Positions 44,220 to 58,061 of a DNA stretch of 64,000 nt are shown in pieces (position 1 is the stretch's first letter; each line of letters starts with the position of its first letter). The notes beneath the pieces were generated by a model, which saw nothing but the letters and a program-made list of their open reading frames with translations, did not search any database and was not told the DNA's origin. Origin of the DNA: the human T2T-CHM13v2.0 reference genome, Homo sapiens. The translations under genes and the position numbers were made by a program. The stretch lies in the NCBI RefSeq assembly GCF_009914755.1, contig NC_060930.1, one strand, 5' to 3'.

Positions 44220-45560
44220 ATTGTTTATAATGTTTTATTTTGACATAATTTCGATCTTACAGAAAAATTTCGATATTACAAGAATAGTACAAGAAACACC
44301 TTGTATACCTTTTACCCAGAGCTATAGACTGTATCTCTGTCTCCCCCTAAAATTCCTACGCTGAAATCTTAACCCCCACTGTGATGCAATCAGGAGGTGG
44401 GAGCTTCAGGGGAGTGATTAGGTCAGGAGAATAGAGCCCTCATGAATGGGATTAGGGACAGGACACTTCCACCCTGTGAGGACACGGCAAGAAGACAGCT
44501 GCCTTTTATCAGGAAGAGGGTCCTCAGCAGACCCCGAATGTGCCATCAACTTGATCTTGAACTTCACAGCTTCCAGAGTTGTAATTTCTGATGTTTATTA
44601 CGCCACCAGTCTATGGGACTTTGTGACAGCAGCTAAACCAGGACACTAAGGTTTACCAGTAATTCCATTTTTCTTATTTGCCTTAGCATTCTATCAGTAA
44701 ATTGTATCTATCAATCTTTCTCTCCACACATGGACAGGCGCACGCACACACACACACACTCACACACACACACACGTTTTATAAATATGTTTTAATATTT
44801 TAAGAGCAAGTTGGTGTGCCCCTTTATTCCTAGACACTTCAGTGTGCATTTCCCAAGTAAAAGAACATTCCCTTACAAGTTAAATACAGTTACCATGATC
44901 AGAAAAGTTAACGTTTCTACAGCAATATTAGCTAAATACAAACCCACATTCACAGTTCACCTGTTGTCCCAAAAATGTCCTATAAAGGATTATGACCCCC
45001 CACCCGTCTAAGTTCAAATCCCAGATCACATATGCTATTTAGGCATCACATTTCTTCAGCATCTTTCAACGTACAACAGTTCCTCAGCCCGTCTTGTGTT
45101 TCCTGAACTTGATACTTTTGAAGAATATAGGCCAATTTTGATTTGTCTGATGTTTTCTAAATATCAGATTGAGGTTCAGAATTATTTTCAGCGAAACAAT
45201 GAAGTGATGAAGCTAGAAAGCCATAATCCGAAGAAGAGTGAGCATGCCTGGCTGCCTCCCTGACTTCCTCCATGTGAACATGAGATCAAAGACTTATCTT
45301 GATCCGCTATTACTGTCATTTAATTTGATGCTCAAGTTGGCCCAGATTTGGCAAGCAGAAACCCCTTCAAGATAGCTCCTATATGCTTTTCACACGTCCT
45401 AATGATTCCTTCAACACTTCCTTACCTTTTTGTCACATACTTTGCCAGCCCTTGAATCAGCCATTTCTAATTCAAAGAAATCCCAGTTCCCCTTAGTAGA
45501 AAATGGCATTTAAAATCCAAGAGTTGAAGCTATATCACACTGCTGTCAATGCTTCTAATG
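44220..45560 (-). mobile_element. Old L1MC-type 3' region (continues at 50290 beyond the HERV)
   Basis: TTTGATTTGTCTGATGTTTTC, TTTGATGCTCAAGTTGGCCCAGATTTGGC, GAATCAGCCATTTC motifs. Confidence 0.65.
44321..44648 (+). mobile_element. MLT1A-like MaLR solo LTR
   Basis: AATTCCTACGCTGAAATCTTAACCCCCA...GAGCCCTCATGAATGGGATTAG...CTTGATCTTGAACTTCACAGCTTCCAGA. Confidence 0.78.
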
Positions 45561-45563
45561 CAT

Positions 45564-45631
<68 letters not shown>

Positions 45632-45670
45632 TAGATAGATAATGATAGATATATATATATATAATATAGA
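45564..45670. repeat. Compound STR (TAGA)10(CAGA)7(TAGA)2 followed by (TA)n
   Basis: Counted directly. Confidence 0.95.
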
Positions 45671-45672
45671 TA

Positions 45673-46123
45673 ATGATTGCAGATTTGGCTGCTCAGGATA
45701 TAGTACTGCAGTTATTAGCTTTTGACAATGCTAATCCTCATTGCCAGGCTGCTCTGTGACCTATCAGAGGGAAAGCACACTTAGTTGATTATATCAAGGC
45801 CTGTGATGGTATCGGAGGTAATCTGCATAAAGCTACTCTGCTAGCACAGGCAATGGCAGGACTGAGAGTGGATAAAGGAAATACTACGTTTCCTGGAGCT
45901 TGCTTTAACTGTGGGAAGCATGCTCATACTAAAAAAGAATGTAGAAAAAAATCAGCGAGTCAGGCCGCCAGATAGGGGAAAAAAGAAAACTGCTGAGCCT
46001 GAAATATGTCCAAAATGTAAAAAAGGAAAACAATGGGCTACTCAGTGTCACTCTAAGTTTGATAAAAATGGGAACCCGATTTTGGGAAATGCCATGAGGG
46101 ACCCGTCCCGGGCCCCATTCTAA
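45673..46123 (+). pseudogene. gag: HML-3 gag C-terminal relic (CA C-terminal domain plus two zinc knuckles)
   Basis: LLAFDNANPHCQAAL*...DYIKACDGIGG...CFNCGKHAHTKKEC...CPKCKKGKQWATQC; internal stop and frameshift. Confidence 0.9.
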
Positions 46124-47010
46124 ACCGGGGCATTTCCAGCTCAGGCCATTCCCTCACCCCTGTACAATGTCTGTCTCCTGCCACAGCCGGTAGTGCCGCA
46201 GTAGATTTATGCTGCAGAAAAGCTGCGAGCCTTCTGCCTGGGGAACCCCCACAAAAGGTCCCAACAGGAGCCTGTGGACCCTTGCCAGCGGGTACAATAG
46301 GATTACTTTTAGGAAAGTCTAGTTTAAGTTTAAAACAGGTACAAATACATACAGGAGTCATTGATTCAGATTACAATGGGGAAATTCAAGTTGTTTTATC
46401 TACTTTTGTTCCCTGGAAAGCAGAGCCAGGAAAGCACAAAGCACAGCTCCTGATTGTGCCATATGTGGGAATGGGAAAAAGTGAAATTAAATGAACAGGA
46501 GGATTTGGAAGCACAAACAAACAAGGCAAAGCAGCTTATTGGGTAAATCAAATTGCTGATAAACGTCCTACTTGTGAAATAACTATTCAGGGAAAGAAAT
46601 TTAAAGGTTTGGTAGATACAGGAGCAGACATTTCCATCATTTCTCTACAGCACTGGCCGTCCGATTGGCCAATTCAACCCGCTCAATTTAACATAGTTGG
46701 AGTTGGTAAAGCCCCTGAAATATATAGAAGTAGCTATATTTTGCATAGTGAAGGGCCCGATGGACAACCTGGGACTATTCAACCAATTATAACTTCTGCA
46801 CCTATAAATTTATGGGGAAGAGATTTATTACAACAATGGGGAGCACAAGTTCTAATTCCAGAACAATTATATAGCCCTCAGAATCAACATACAATGCATG
46901 AAACGAGGTATGTCCCTGGTATGGGACTAAAAAAAAATTTGCAAGGTTTGAAAAAACCGCTTCAAGTGGAAAAACAAAGTTCCTGCCAAAAATTAGGAAA
47001 TAATTTTTGA
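46084..47010 (+). pseudogene. pro: HML-3 pro: dUTPase + aspartic protease + G-patch
   Basis: GSAAVDL, GVIDSDYNGEI, *TGGFGST (stop in dUTPase motif 5), LVDTGAD, NLWGRDLL; slippery-like GGGAAAT at 46084. Confidence 0.92.
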
Positions 47011-48809
47011 TGGCGGCCGTTGTTAAGCCTCCAGAACCTATACCTTTAAAATGGTTAACAGATAAGCCAATTTGGATAGAACAATGGCCACTAAGTAAAG
47101 AGGAACTGGAGGCTTTAGATAAATTAGTTACTGAACAATTAGAAAATGGGCACAGAGCTCCAACATTTTCCCCTTGGAATTCTCTAGTTTTCATAATTAA
47201 GAAAAAATCAGGTAAATGGAGAATGTTAACTGACTTAAGAGCTATCAATTCAGTTATACAACCTATGGGAGCATTACAGCCAGGACTGCCTTCTCCTGCT
47301 ACAATTCCAAAAAATTGGCCTTTAATAATTAGTCATAGATTTAAAAGACTGTTTGTTTGCTATCCCTTTAGCTGAGCAAGACTGTAAATGGCTTGCATTT
47401 ACAATTCCTGCAGTAAACAACCTGCAGCCTGCTAAGCGTTTTCATTGTTTTACAGATGGATCTAGTAATGGAAAAGCTTCTTATTCTGGCTCGAAAAGTA
47501 AAGTTTTCCAGACGCCCTATACTTCAGCTCAAAAAGCAGAGCTTGTAGCTGTAATTGAGGTATTGACTGCTTTTGATATGTCAATTAATGTGATTTCTGA
47601 TTCTTCATACATGGTTCATTCCGCACAGTTAATTGAAAATGCTCAGTTACGATTTCATACAGATGAACAACTGATGACTTTATTTACCCAATTGCAAACA
47701 GCAGTTAGAAGTAGAATGCACCCTTTTTACATCACTCACATTAGGGCTCATGTACCTCTTCCAGGACCTTTGACTGAAGGGAATCAAATGGCCGATCACC
47801 TAGTTGCTAATGCAATATCTAATGCTAGACACTTTCACAATTTAACCCATGTTAATGCCTCTGGCCTCAAACGCAGATACAGCACTACCTGGAAAGAAGC
47901 TAAAAATATTATCCAACGATGCCCAACTTGCCAAATGGTATATTCCTCATCTTTTACAGGAGGAGTTAATCCTCAAGGACTGGAACCTAACTCTTCTTTA
48001 GCAAATGGATGTCACACATGTTCCCTCGTTTGGGAGACTAGCTTATGTACATGTATGTGTGGATATCTTTTCTCACTTTGGGCTACAGGCCAATCAGGAG
48101 AGTCTTCTGCCTGTGTTAAATGTCACCTTTTGCAGTGTTTTGCAGTGATGGGTATTCCAGCTTCTATTAAAACAGATAATGCCCCAGGCTATACTAGCCA
48201 AGCTCTAGTTACATTTTTCTCTATGTGGAATATTAAACACATTACTGGTATCCCATACAATTCTCAAGGACAAGTCATAATGGAAAGAATGAATCTTTTT
48301 CTAAAACAGCAGTTGCAAAAGGGGGAAATAGAGAATATGGAACCCCACAGATGCAATTGAATCTAGCATTATTAACTTTAAATTTTTTGAGCCTGTCCAA
48401 AGGCCAGATGTTATCAGCACCTGAACAGTATCTACAGAAACCAGATGCAAAGACAGAAGCAGAACAACCGATTTGGTGGAGAGATCCAATAACAAAACGT
48501 TGGGAAATAGGTAAAATAACTTGGGGTAAAGGTTATGCTTGTGCTTCTCCAGGACCAAATCAACAGCCGATTTGGATGCCATCAAGACACCTAAAACCTT
48601 ATCATGAACCAGATGCCGAGGAAGAGATTCTGGGAGGATCCCGAGGACCCCCTAGTTGCAGCCATGTCGAGACTGACGCTGAGGAGGTCCCCAACTGTCA
48701 CGAGCAACACCCGTCAAACACAGCCACCCACATGGGGACAGATCAAGAAGCTGTCACAGATGGCAGAAGAAAACCTGAGGAAAGCAGTACAACCAGTCAC
48801 AATGAGTAA
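47007..48809 (+). pseudogene. pol: HML-3 pol with most of RT deleted; RNase H and integrase relics
   Basis: [26 protein letters not shown]; FTDGSS..AEL..SDS..MAD RNase H; HHCC, IKTDNAPGY and GIPYNSQGQ integrase motifs; frameshifts. Confidence 0.92.
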
Positions 48810-49731
48810 TTTAATGGTAGCTATGATAGCAGTGATCACCACTGCCATGAGTATTCCTTCAGCAAGGGCTGACACAGAGAACAATTATACTTATTGGGCA
48901 TATTTATCAATCTTGGCTGGCAATAATGCCTAGATGCAATCACTCTATAACACAGTTACACATGCTTTCTGATCTCAGTATTTACCATAATAAATCTGCT
49001 ACTATAATTGAGGCATACCACCCTCAAAAACCTTTTTGTAAAAAGGATTGGACCCAGTTAGAAAAAATGAACATACTTGTTTAGTAAGATTGCATTGCAG
49101 AACAGGCAGAGGTGCTGCACAACGATTCCTATGGAATCATTACTAATTGGTCCCCTAAGGGGATGTTTAGCTTGAATTGCACCTCTCAGTCTGCGAGCCA
49201 CAGCCACACTACGTTCAGCTGATCTGAACAAAACAGTCAGACGGTAGAAATGGCAAAAAATACAGCAAAAGTTCCTATTATCTGGAACCATGGTGGTATA
49301 GTGGCACCTCAACCTCAAATGATATGGCTCATTGTAGGAGCTAAACATAAGGATTTGTGGAAACTATTAATAGCTCTTAGTAAGATCAAAATTTGGGAAA
49401 GAATAAAAAAGCTTCTAGAAGGACAATCTACAAACTGGTTTTTGGATACAGCAAAATTAAAAGAACAAATATTTAAAGCATCCCAGGCACGCCTGAGCTT
49501 AATGCAAGGAACTGGAGTGCTTAAAGGAGCTGCAGACAAATTAGCAGCTAGTAACCCATTAATATGGATAAAAACACTTGGAAGCTTTGTAATTTCAATG
49601 ATGATTGTGCTTTCATAAATCTGTGTTGTTTGTATAGTCTGCAGATGTGGATCCTGACTCCTGCGAGAAGTAGCTGACCGTCACAAAGCTGCCTTTGCTT
49701 TTATCGATTTGCAAATCAAAGAAGGGGGACA
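48604..49731 (+). pseudogene. env: HML-3 env relic with internal deletions and stops
   Basis: PPTWGQIKKL signal region, NYTYWAY, NWSPKG, AKLKEQIFKASQ, NPLIWIKTLG and membrane anchor. Confidence 0.88.
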
Positions 49732-50247
49732 TGTTGGGAATAAGCCCCCCCCAAAAATCTGGCCATAAACTGGCCCCAAAACTGGCCATAAACAAAATCT
49801 CTGCAGCAGCACTGTGACATGTTCATGGCCATAAAGCCCACACTGGGAGGTTGTGGGTTTACCGGAATGAGGGCAAGGAATACCTGGCCCGCCCAGGGCG
49901 GAAAACCACTTAAAGGCATTCTTAAGCCACAAACAATAGCATGAGTGATCTGTGCCTTAAGGACATGCTCCTGCTGCAGAAAATTAGCCCAACCTATTCC
50001 TTTAATTAGGTCCATCCCTTCGTTTCCCATAAGGGATACTTTTAGTTAATTTAATATCTATAGAAACAATGCTAATGACTGGCTTGCTGTTAATAAATAT
50101 GTGGGTAAATCTCTGTTCGGGGATCTCAGCTCTGAAGGCTGTGAGACCCCTGATTTCCCACTTCACACCTCCATATTTCTTTGTGTGTGTCTTTAATTCC
50201 TCTAGCGCTGCTGGGTTAGGGTCTCCCCAACCGAGCTGGTCTCGGCA
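49732..50247 (+). promoter_or_regulatory. MER9 3' LTR (516 bp)
   Basis: TG...CA termini; preceded by PPT AAAGAAGGGGGACA; MER9 signature AAATCTGGCCATAAACTGGCCCCAAAACTGGCCATAAAC; AATAAA at 50092-50097. Confidence 0.92.
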
Positions 50248-50289
50248 TATATATACACACACATACACACACAAACACACACATAGGTA

Positions 50290-51145
50290 TGTGTAAGCTG
50301 ATAATTGTCATTCTGCATGTATTTGTCTACTTACATATACATATATTAGGAGAGATGAAAAACCATGACTCATTCTGATACCTCCGGTTCCAACCAAACA
50401 CTACAGTATACATTCCACTATTTCCTATTTCCATATTTGTAATTACCTCACCCAACATGTGAAATCTGGCTGTCAATATCCTTAACATACTTATATATTT
50501 TCTCAAGTCTAGAATACACAGAGGTAGTTTTAGAATTGCTAAGCCATACCACTTCAAATAGTAAATGTATTAACTAGATGTTAATATTTTTTAGTTTTTT
50601 AGGTAAAATTTACAGACACTGAAATATACAAATCTTAATGGTACTAGTGCATAAATCCTTGTAACATACATCCTACCAAGAAAGAACATTTCAACTCTTC
50701 ATAAACTCCCTCCCATAGTCCTTTCTAATCAATCCCTGTCCTCAAAACAGCCACTCTTTTTGACTTTTCCCACCATAGATTAGTTTTGCCAGCTTTTGGA
50801 ATTATTTGTAAATGGAATCATACAATATGTACTCTTTTGAACCTACTACATTGGCTCAACAGGATGTCAGGGCAAACCAGCCATGGTACTATGTGTTTCA
50901 GTAGTGTGTTCCTTTCCATTACTGGTAACATTCCATTGTATTAATGTACTACAACTTGTTTATCTGCCATACTATTGCTGGACATTTGGGATGTTTGTTT
51001 CCAGTTTTGAGCTATTATGAATAAAGCCTGCTATGAACATTCTTATGGAAGTCTTTTTGTGAACACAGGTTTTCAATTACCTTTAGCAAATTCAGAGTAA
51101 AATTCCTGGATTGCAAGATAAATGTATGTTTAACTTTACAAGAAG
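50290..51145 (-). mobile_element. Old L1 3' fragments (L1MC continuation plus L1M 3' end)
   Basis: TTCTGATACCTCC, ATAGATTAGTTTTGCC, AAATGGAATCATACAATATGTACTCTTTTG, TTTCCAGTTTTGAGCTATTATGAATAAAGC. Confidence 0.7.
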
Positions 51146-51579
51146 TTACCCCCCTTTTTTCAGTGCTTTATATTCTTAAGAATTGAGTTATCAAAATGAT
51201 TTAGGCATTTTAAAGAAAAAGTTGTTAAAAATAAAGGTGATCTATATCACACAAATGGCACAGGCTAAAAATCTAACCATTCTGTAATGAGCAACTATAA
51301 TGACCCATGAAGGAAATCTGCGAGCTACACAGGTATAGGTGGAAAAGCTTGGGGGTAACACAGAGGAGGCCACTGATTCTTTGCAAATGCTTACTTTAAA
51401 AAATTTTAAAATCCTAAACAGCATATAAAGGGCCAGTAGATATTCACCCTGAGTCTATCCTAGCACTATGGGGAAAAGAGAAAAAGCAGCCACCTTCACT
51501 TGTTCTACAGTGTAACTGAGCACAGAAGAAATGCTACACAGAGCTGTTTCAAAGGATTACAAGAGAGTAAACAAGGCAC

Positions 51580-51932
51580 TGTATTAGTTCCTTCTCACGC
51601 TGCTATGAAGACATACCCAAGACTAGCTAATTTATAAAGAAAAGAGGTTTAGTTGACTTATAGTTCCACATGACTAGAGAGGCCTCAGGAAACTTACAAT
51701 CATAGTGGAAGGTACCATGTCACAGAGCGGCAGGAGAGAGAATGAGTCCTGAGCAAAGGGGGAAGCCCCTTATAAAGCCATCAAATCTTGTGAAAACTCA
51801 CTCACTATCATGAGAATAGGGGGAAATCGCCCCCATGATTCAATTATCTCCATCTGGTCAAGTGCTTGACACATGGGGATTATTACAATTCAAGGTGAGA
51901 TTTGGGTGGGGACACAAAGCCAAACCATATCA
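51580..51932 (-). mobile_element. THE1C-like solo LTR
   Basis: TGTATTAG...CAAACCATATCA termini; degenerate TSD GGCAC/GGTAT. Confidence 0.9.
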
Positions 51933-52514
51933 GGTATGATTTAGGAGTAGCATAGTTCCGAAGTTTAGAGAATGCATCTTAAAGAATGCTAGCACAGATG
52001 ACAGAAACTGCAGGAGGAAGTACTAAAAGAGGGTAGCAGAGGAACAAGCAGGGCATGAGGACAGAACGATCATGGCTGATTATCAGGACTGTCCCTGGAC
52101 AATGAATTCATGTCGAAGTAGAAAGCACACAGGCAGGGATTCTGCAAATCAACAAGGCACTAATTTGAAAACACATCATTAGCTCAGTTCAATAAAACAG
52201 AAATAATAAAAACTAATATTCCAAAAGAACATTATAATTTTCAAAGGGCTTTTTATAAATTAATGAATCTCATTTAGGACAAAAAGGTTCACAAGATGAA
52301 AAGGGCTTTTCACACTAACAAGTTTAGCGAAAAGGGATCCTTGAGATAAAATAGTATTAAATCACTGACTGATACAGCAAACATTTTTTAAGTTTAAGAT
52401 TGCTAGTAGAAAAGGATTAAGCATTCAAGGGCAGCTGAATAATGAGAAAATTAAGGGAAAGAAAAGATGTAGTTTAAGTACTTTACCCAACAGATGTATT
52501 TCTGAATGTCAGCA

Positions 52515-54649
<2,135 letters not shown>

Positions 54650-55681
54650 TATGTAAGGTTTTTAACAAATATTTATTTAGCAGTGTGTCAAGCATTATCA
54701 GATGAGGCTACTATTCTCATGGAGTTTAAATCCTATTGGGGGAGGGGAACAGATAAACAAGAAATTATCAACTTGTGAAAACACTTATGACCAAAAAAGT
54801 ATCTGATGCCTTTGTTGCCATCTTTAACAAACCACAATCTAGGTGTGATTGGATTTTATGCATAGCTACTCCATTACTGGATTGTTATTATATTCTTTTT
54901 TACACAATGAAGAAATGCTCCCCAAACAACCTTTAAACGGCCCTTGAATTTATGGACTGGGACCACCCATCTTTATGGGCCTAAAACAGCTCCTCTGTTG
55001 CAGCAGTTTGCAAAATCTACAGTCTAGCATAGACTTGTGGCTGCCAAGAATGGTGTGGCAAAACAGGTGGTAATTTAAGGTCTTGCGAAAGAGGAATGTG
55101 TTTAGTTCCCACTTTTAACATTTTTATCATAATCACTTGATATCATTTTTTAGATAAAATGACTCCTTGCCTACTAGCATAGTGAGTAATAAGATATGCA
55201 TCTTCTATGTATCATCTGCATCACTTTATTATTATGGAATCGGGAACAGACTTTAAAAGACAAACGGTTCGCGTCTGTAATCTGTTGTTAAGATTATGGG
55301 TTTTGCCTTAAGTACAAACAGATCACTGTCTTTAGCAAGCATTTCCTAGTATTTAAGGGGTCAGTAGGAACTATTTCCATATAGCAGGGTGTTGTATTCA
55401 ATTAGGTAGAGAAGTGTTTTACACTAATATGCTCAGGAAGCCAACATGCTTAGGAGTGACGCTCCACACGGGTTTCTGAGGTTGCTATGGCTGTAGTTCA
55501 TAAGGAGCAGCAAAGTTCCTGAAAAGAAATTTAGCTTAAAACAACCAATCCGTAATTTATGCGAAGAATTTTTCTCTCCGGTTTTCACAAAACATAAATT
55601 TGAATGCCTGAAGAAGATATTTCAACTTGTGTAATAAGATGAATACGGACTTTTCTTGCAGTCTTCCTGTGGGGTTCTTCT

Positions 55682-55761
55682 TCATGAAGAATGAGTGGTT
55701 TTCCATCTGGGTGAGAAGTTATCATCAAGAATGAGTGGTTTTCCATCTGGGTGAGAAATTC
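55682..55761. repeat. Two-copy 40-bp tandem duplication
   Basis: AAGAATGAGTGGTTTTCCATCTGGGTGAGAA identical at 55687-55717 and 55727-55757. Confidence 0.95.
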
Positions 55762-56097
55762 TTATTGGGCTCTTTGATTTTCAAAATCCAAGATGTCAGA
55801 ATTTCACTTTACCTTACTGGAACACTGTATCTGTCAACTGGTTCCTCTGGCTTCTAAATCCTGTGTTGATGATCAACAAGATAGGATACCTGCCTGCACT
55901 CCAGGTATTTGTTTATAAGTATCATTTTGGACCATTCAAAGCCCACCACTTAGCCAAAGCCTGGCTTTAAGAAAATTCTACTTAGGGTGCTGTAAAGAGA
56001 CAGGCTTTCTGTCCACTCCTCCTTGTGCTTTCCGTTCCACCCTTGGGTCCCATCACTTTAGCCCTGTGGTTTTCAGCTGCAGTGAGTGAGGGCATTG

Positions 56098-56336
56098 GTG
56101 TTTAGTCCATGTTTGCTGCTACAAAGGAATACCTGAGGCTACGTAATTTATAAATACAAAAGGCTTATTTGGCTCACGGATCTGCTGGTGAGGGCTTCAG
56201 GCTGCTTCCACTCCTGGAGGAAGCAAAGGGGAACCAGTGTGTGCAGATATCACATGACCAGAGAGGAAGCAAGGGAGGCAGTGGAGTTTCAACAGGAGAC
56301 TTGTTAGGGCCAAACAAACCATACACAAACCATAGC
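56098..56336 (-). mobile_element. MST-type LTR, internally deleted
   Basis: TGTTTAGTCCATGTTTGCTGCTACAAAGGAATACCTGAGGCT...TATTTGGCTCACGG...CAAACCATAGC. Confidence 0.72.
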
Positions 56337-56859
56337 GACAGGTAACGAGAACTGACTCCACGTAATTCTAACTTATGTCTGATCTAATCCAGCCTTCTGT
56401 ACGGTCAACTGCACTTTTTGAACACTGAACCACATTATAATATTATGCCTTTGAAACTTATTGAAAATTGCTGTAAATCAGATATATAAACTTATTTGCA
56501 TTTTCATAAAATCCAGTATTAAAAACTTTGTCCTGAAAAAGACTGATTGGTGCCTTTCCCTTAGAGGATAAGTAAGTCAACTTTGGTTTATACTTCACCT
56601 GATTAAAAATTAAAAGCCAGATTTTCTACTCATTCATAGAAAAGTATTACCTCTTACAAATTGTTTTCTTTCTAGTTCTTCCTCTGTTGTATTTGGTTAC
56701 GCTTGTTTTTCTGGTAATCAATTAGAAAACCTCTTTTCAAATGATATAGAAAGAAGAGAAATGGAAAGTGAGTAAATGGTAATTAGTTGTGAAGGAACAG
56801 GTAAAGCTGCAATAGGGAGGACCTGGGAGGCTGACAGGGCCTCTCTAAGCCCTTAAAGA

Positions 56860-57950
56860 CTCTGTTTAGGCCATCCTCCCCTCTCTGTCCCATTGCATCA
56901 AACTTTCTCTCTCTACTGAATCACTTCCACAAATATATAAACATGCTGTCATTTATCCCATATTTTAAGAGAAAAAAACTAAAACAAAACCGGAGCTTTT
57001 TGTTGCCTCTTTATAGCTTTCCTATATATTTACCACCCATTTCTCTCCTCTCTTTTCAGGTAAAACTCCATAAAACAATTGTATCTATTGCTGCCTACAA
57101 TTTCTCTTCTCTCACAAATTCCAATTGCTCCAAGAAAACAGCTTTCAGTGAGGTCACCAATGACCCCACACTGCCAAACCCAAAGGTCAGCTCTCAGTCT
57201 TCCTTTCCCTTAGAACTCCAGCACCATTTGACATAGTTGATTGCTCTATTTTATTTTAAATAATTTTTTATTTAAAAGAAACATATGCCCCTGATTCTCT
57301 TTCCACCTCTTGTGTTCAGTCTTCCTTTCTACTTCTTCCTCCCTTAGAAGTCTCAGGCTTCTAAATGTTATGTTCCAGGGTTGAGCCACACTCACCTGTC
57401 AAGTGATCTCATCTGGGTTCATGACTCTAGCTACTATCTGTATGTGGATGGTTCTTAAATCATCATATTACTAATGATCTCAAATTTATATCTCTAACCC
57501 AGAACATTTACCTAAACTCCAGTCTCATATATACAACTTACTACTTAACATCTCCCATTTGGAAATCTATTAGGCATCTCCAACTTAGCACATCCAAAAC
57601 TGATTGTCTGTTAGGAACCACCCCCTGAACACACACCCTGACCTGTCCATCCTGCAGGCCCTCCCATGGAGGGCCTCCCAGCCTTCCATTGGCTCAGGCA
57701 AAACCCTGATGCCTCCTTTCCTTTCTTCCCTCTGTTTTAATATCACATATCTGGATTAATCAATAATTCTTGTTAGCCCTCCTTTCAAAATAAATGCAGA
57801 ATTCTATCAAACCCAAGCATTTTCCCCTACCTCCATTACCACCAGCCTGGTCCAATTTCTTATTAGACTTACTACACTAGCCTTCTACTTGCCAATCACC
57901 CCTGGCAATGAAAAATTATTTTAAAGCGCTGCTGAAATCATTTACTTAGG
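56860..57950 (+). mobile_element. L2 LINE fragment
   Basis: GAGGTCACCAATGACCCCACACTGCCAAACCCAAAGGTCAG, CAGCACCATTTGACATAGTTGA, GGCATCTCCAACTTAGCACATCCAAAAC. Confidence 0.78.
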
Positions 57951-58061
57951 ATTTCTGAACTTTTGTTTGCGCTAATAAAACTAGTTAACAGTCTCTTAAT
58001 TTAATGCTTTTTTCTCTTTTGTTTAATACACTAATTTTTGTGTCAAAAATAATACTCCCTT

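Larger units (their letters stand above)
45671..50247 (+). mobile_element. HERV-K(HML-3)/HERVK9 betaretrovirus-like provirus, 5'-truncated, antisense to PDE10A
   Basis: gag NC knuckles, dUTPase-protease, RT/RNaseH/IN and env relics in canonical order, then PPT and a MER9 LTR. Confidence 0.92.

Noticed and set aside
47353-48360. 335-aa ORF as a functional or domesticated Pol protein
   Set aside because: Lacks the RT core, starts at a non-ATG after a frameshift, goes out of frame in the integrase core, and has no 5' LTR promoter
45671-50247. HERV as an L1-retroposed processed copy
   Set aside because: The LTR is complete to the terminal CA with no poly(A) tail or long L1-type TSD
57656-57676. 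9-bp perfect hairpin AGGCCCTCC-CAT-GGAGGGCCT
   Set aside because: Short, inside an L2 relic, and plausibly chance or a local template switch
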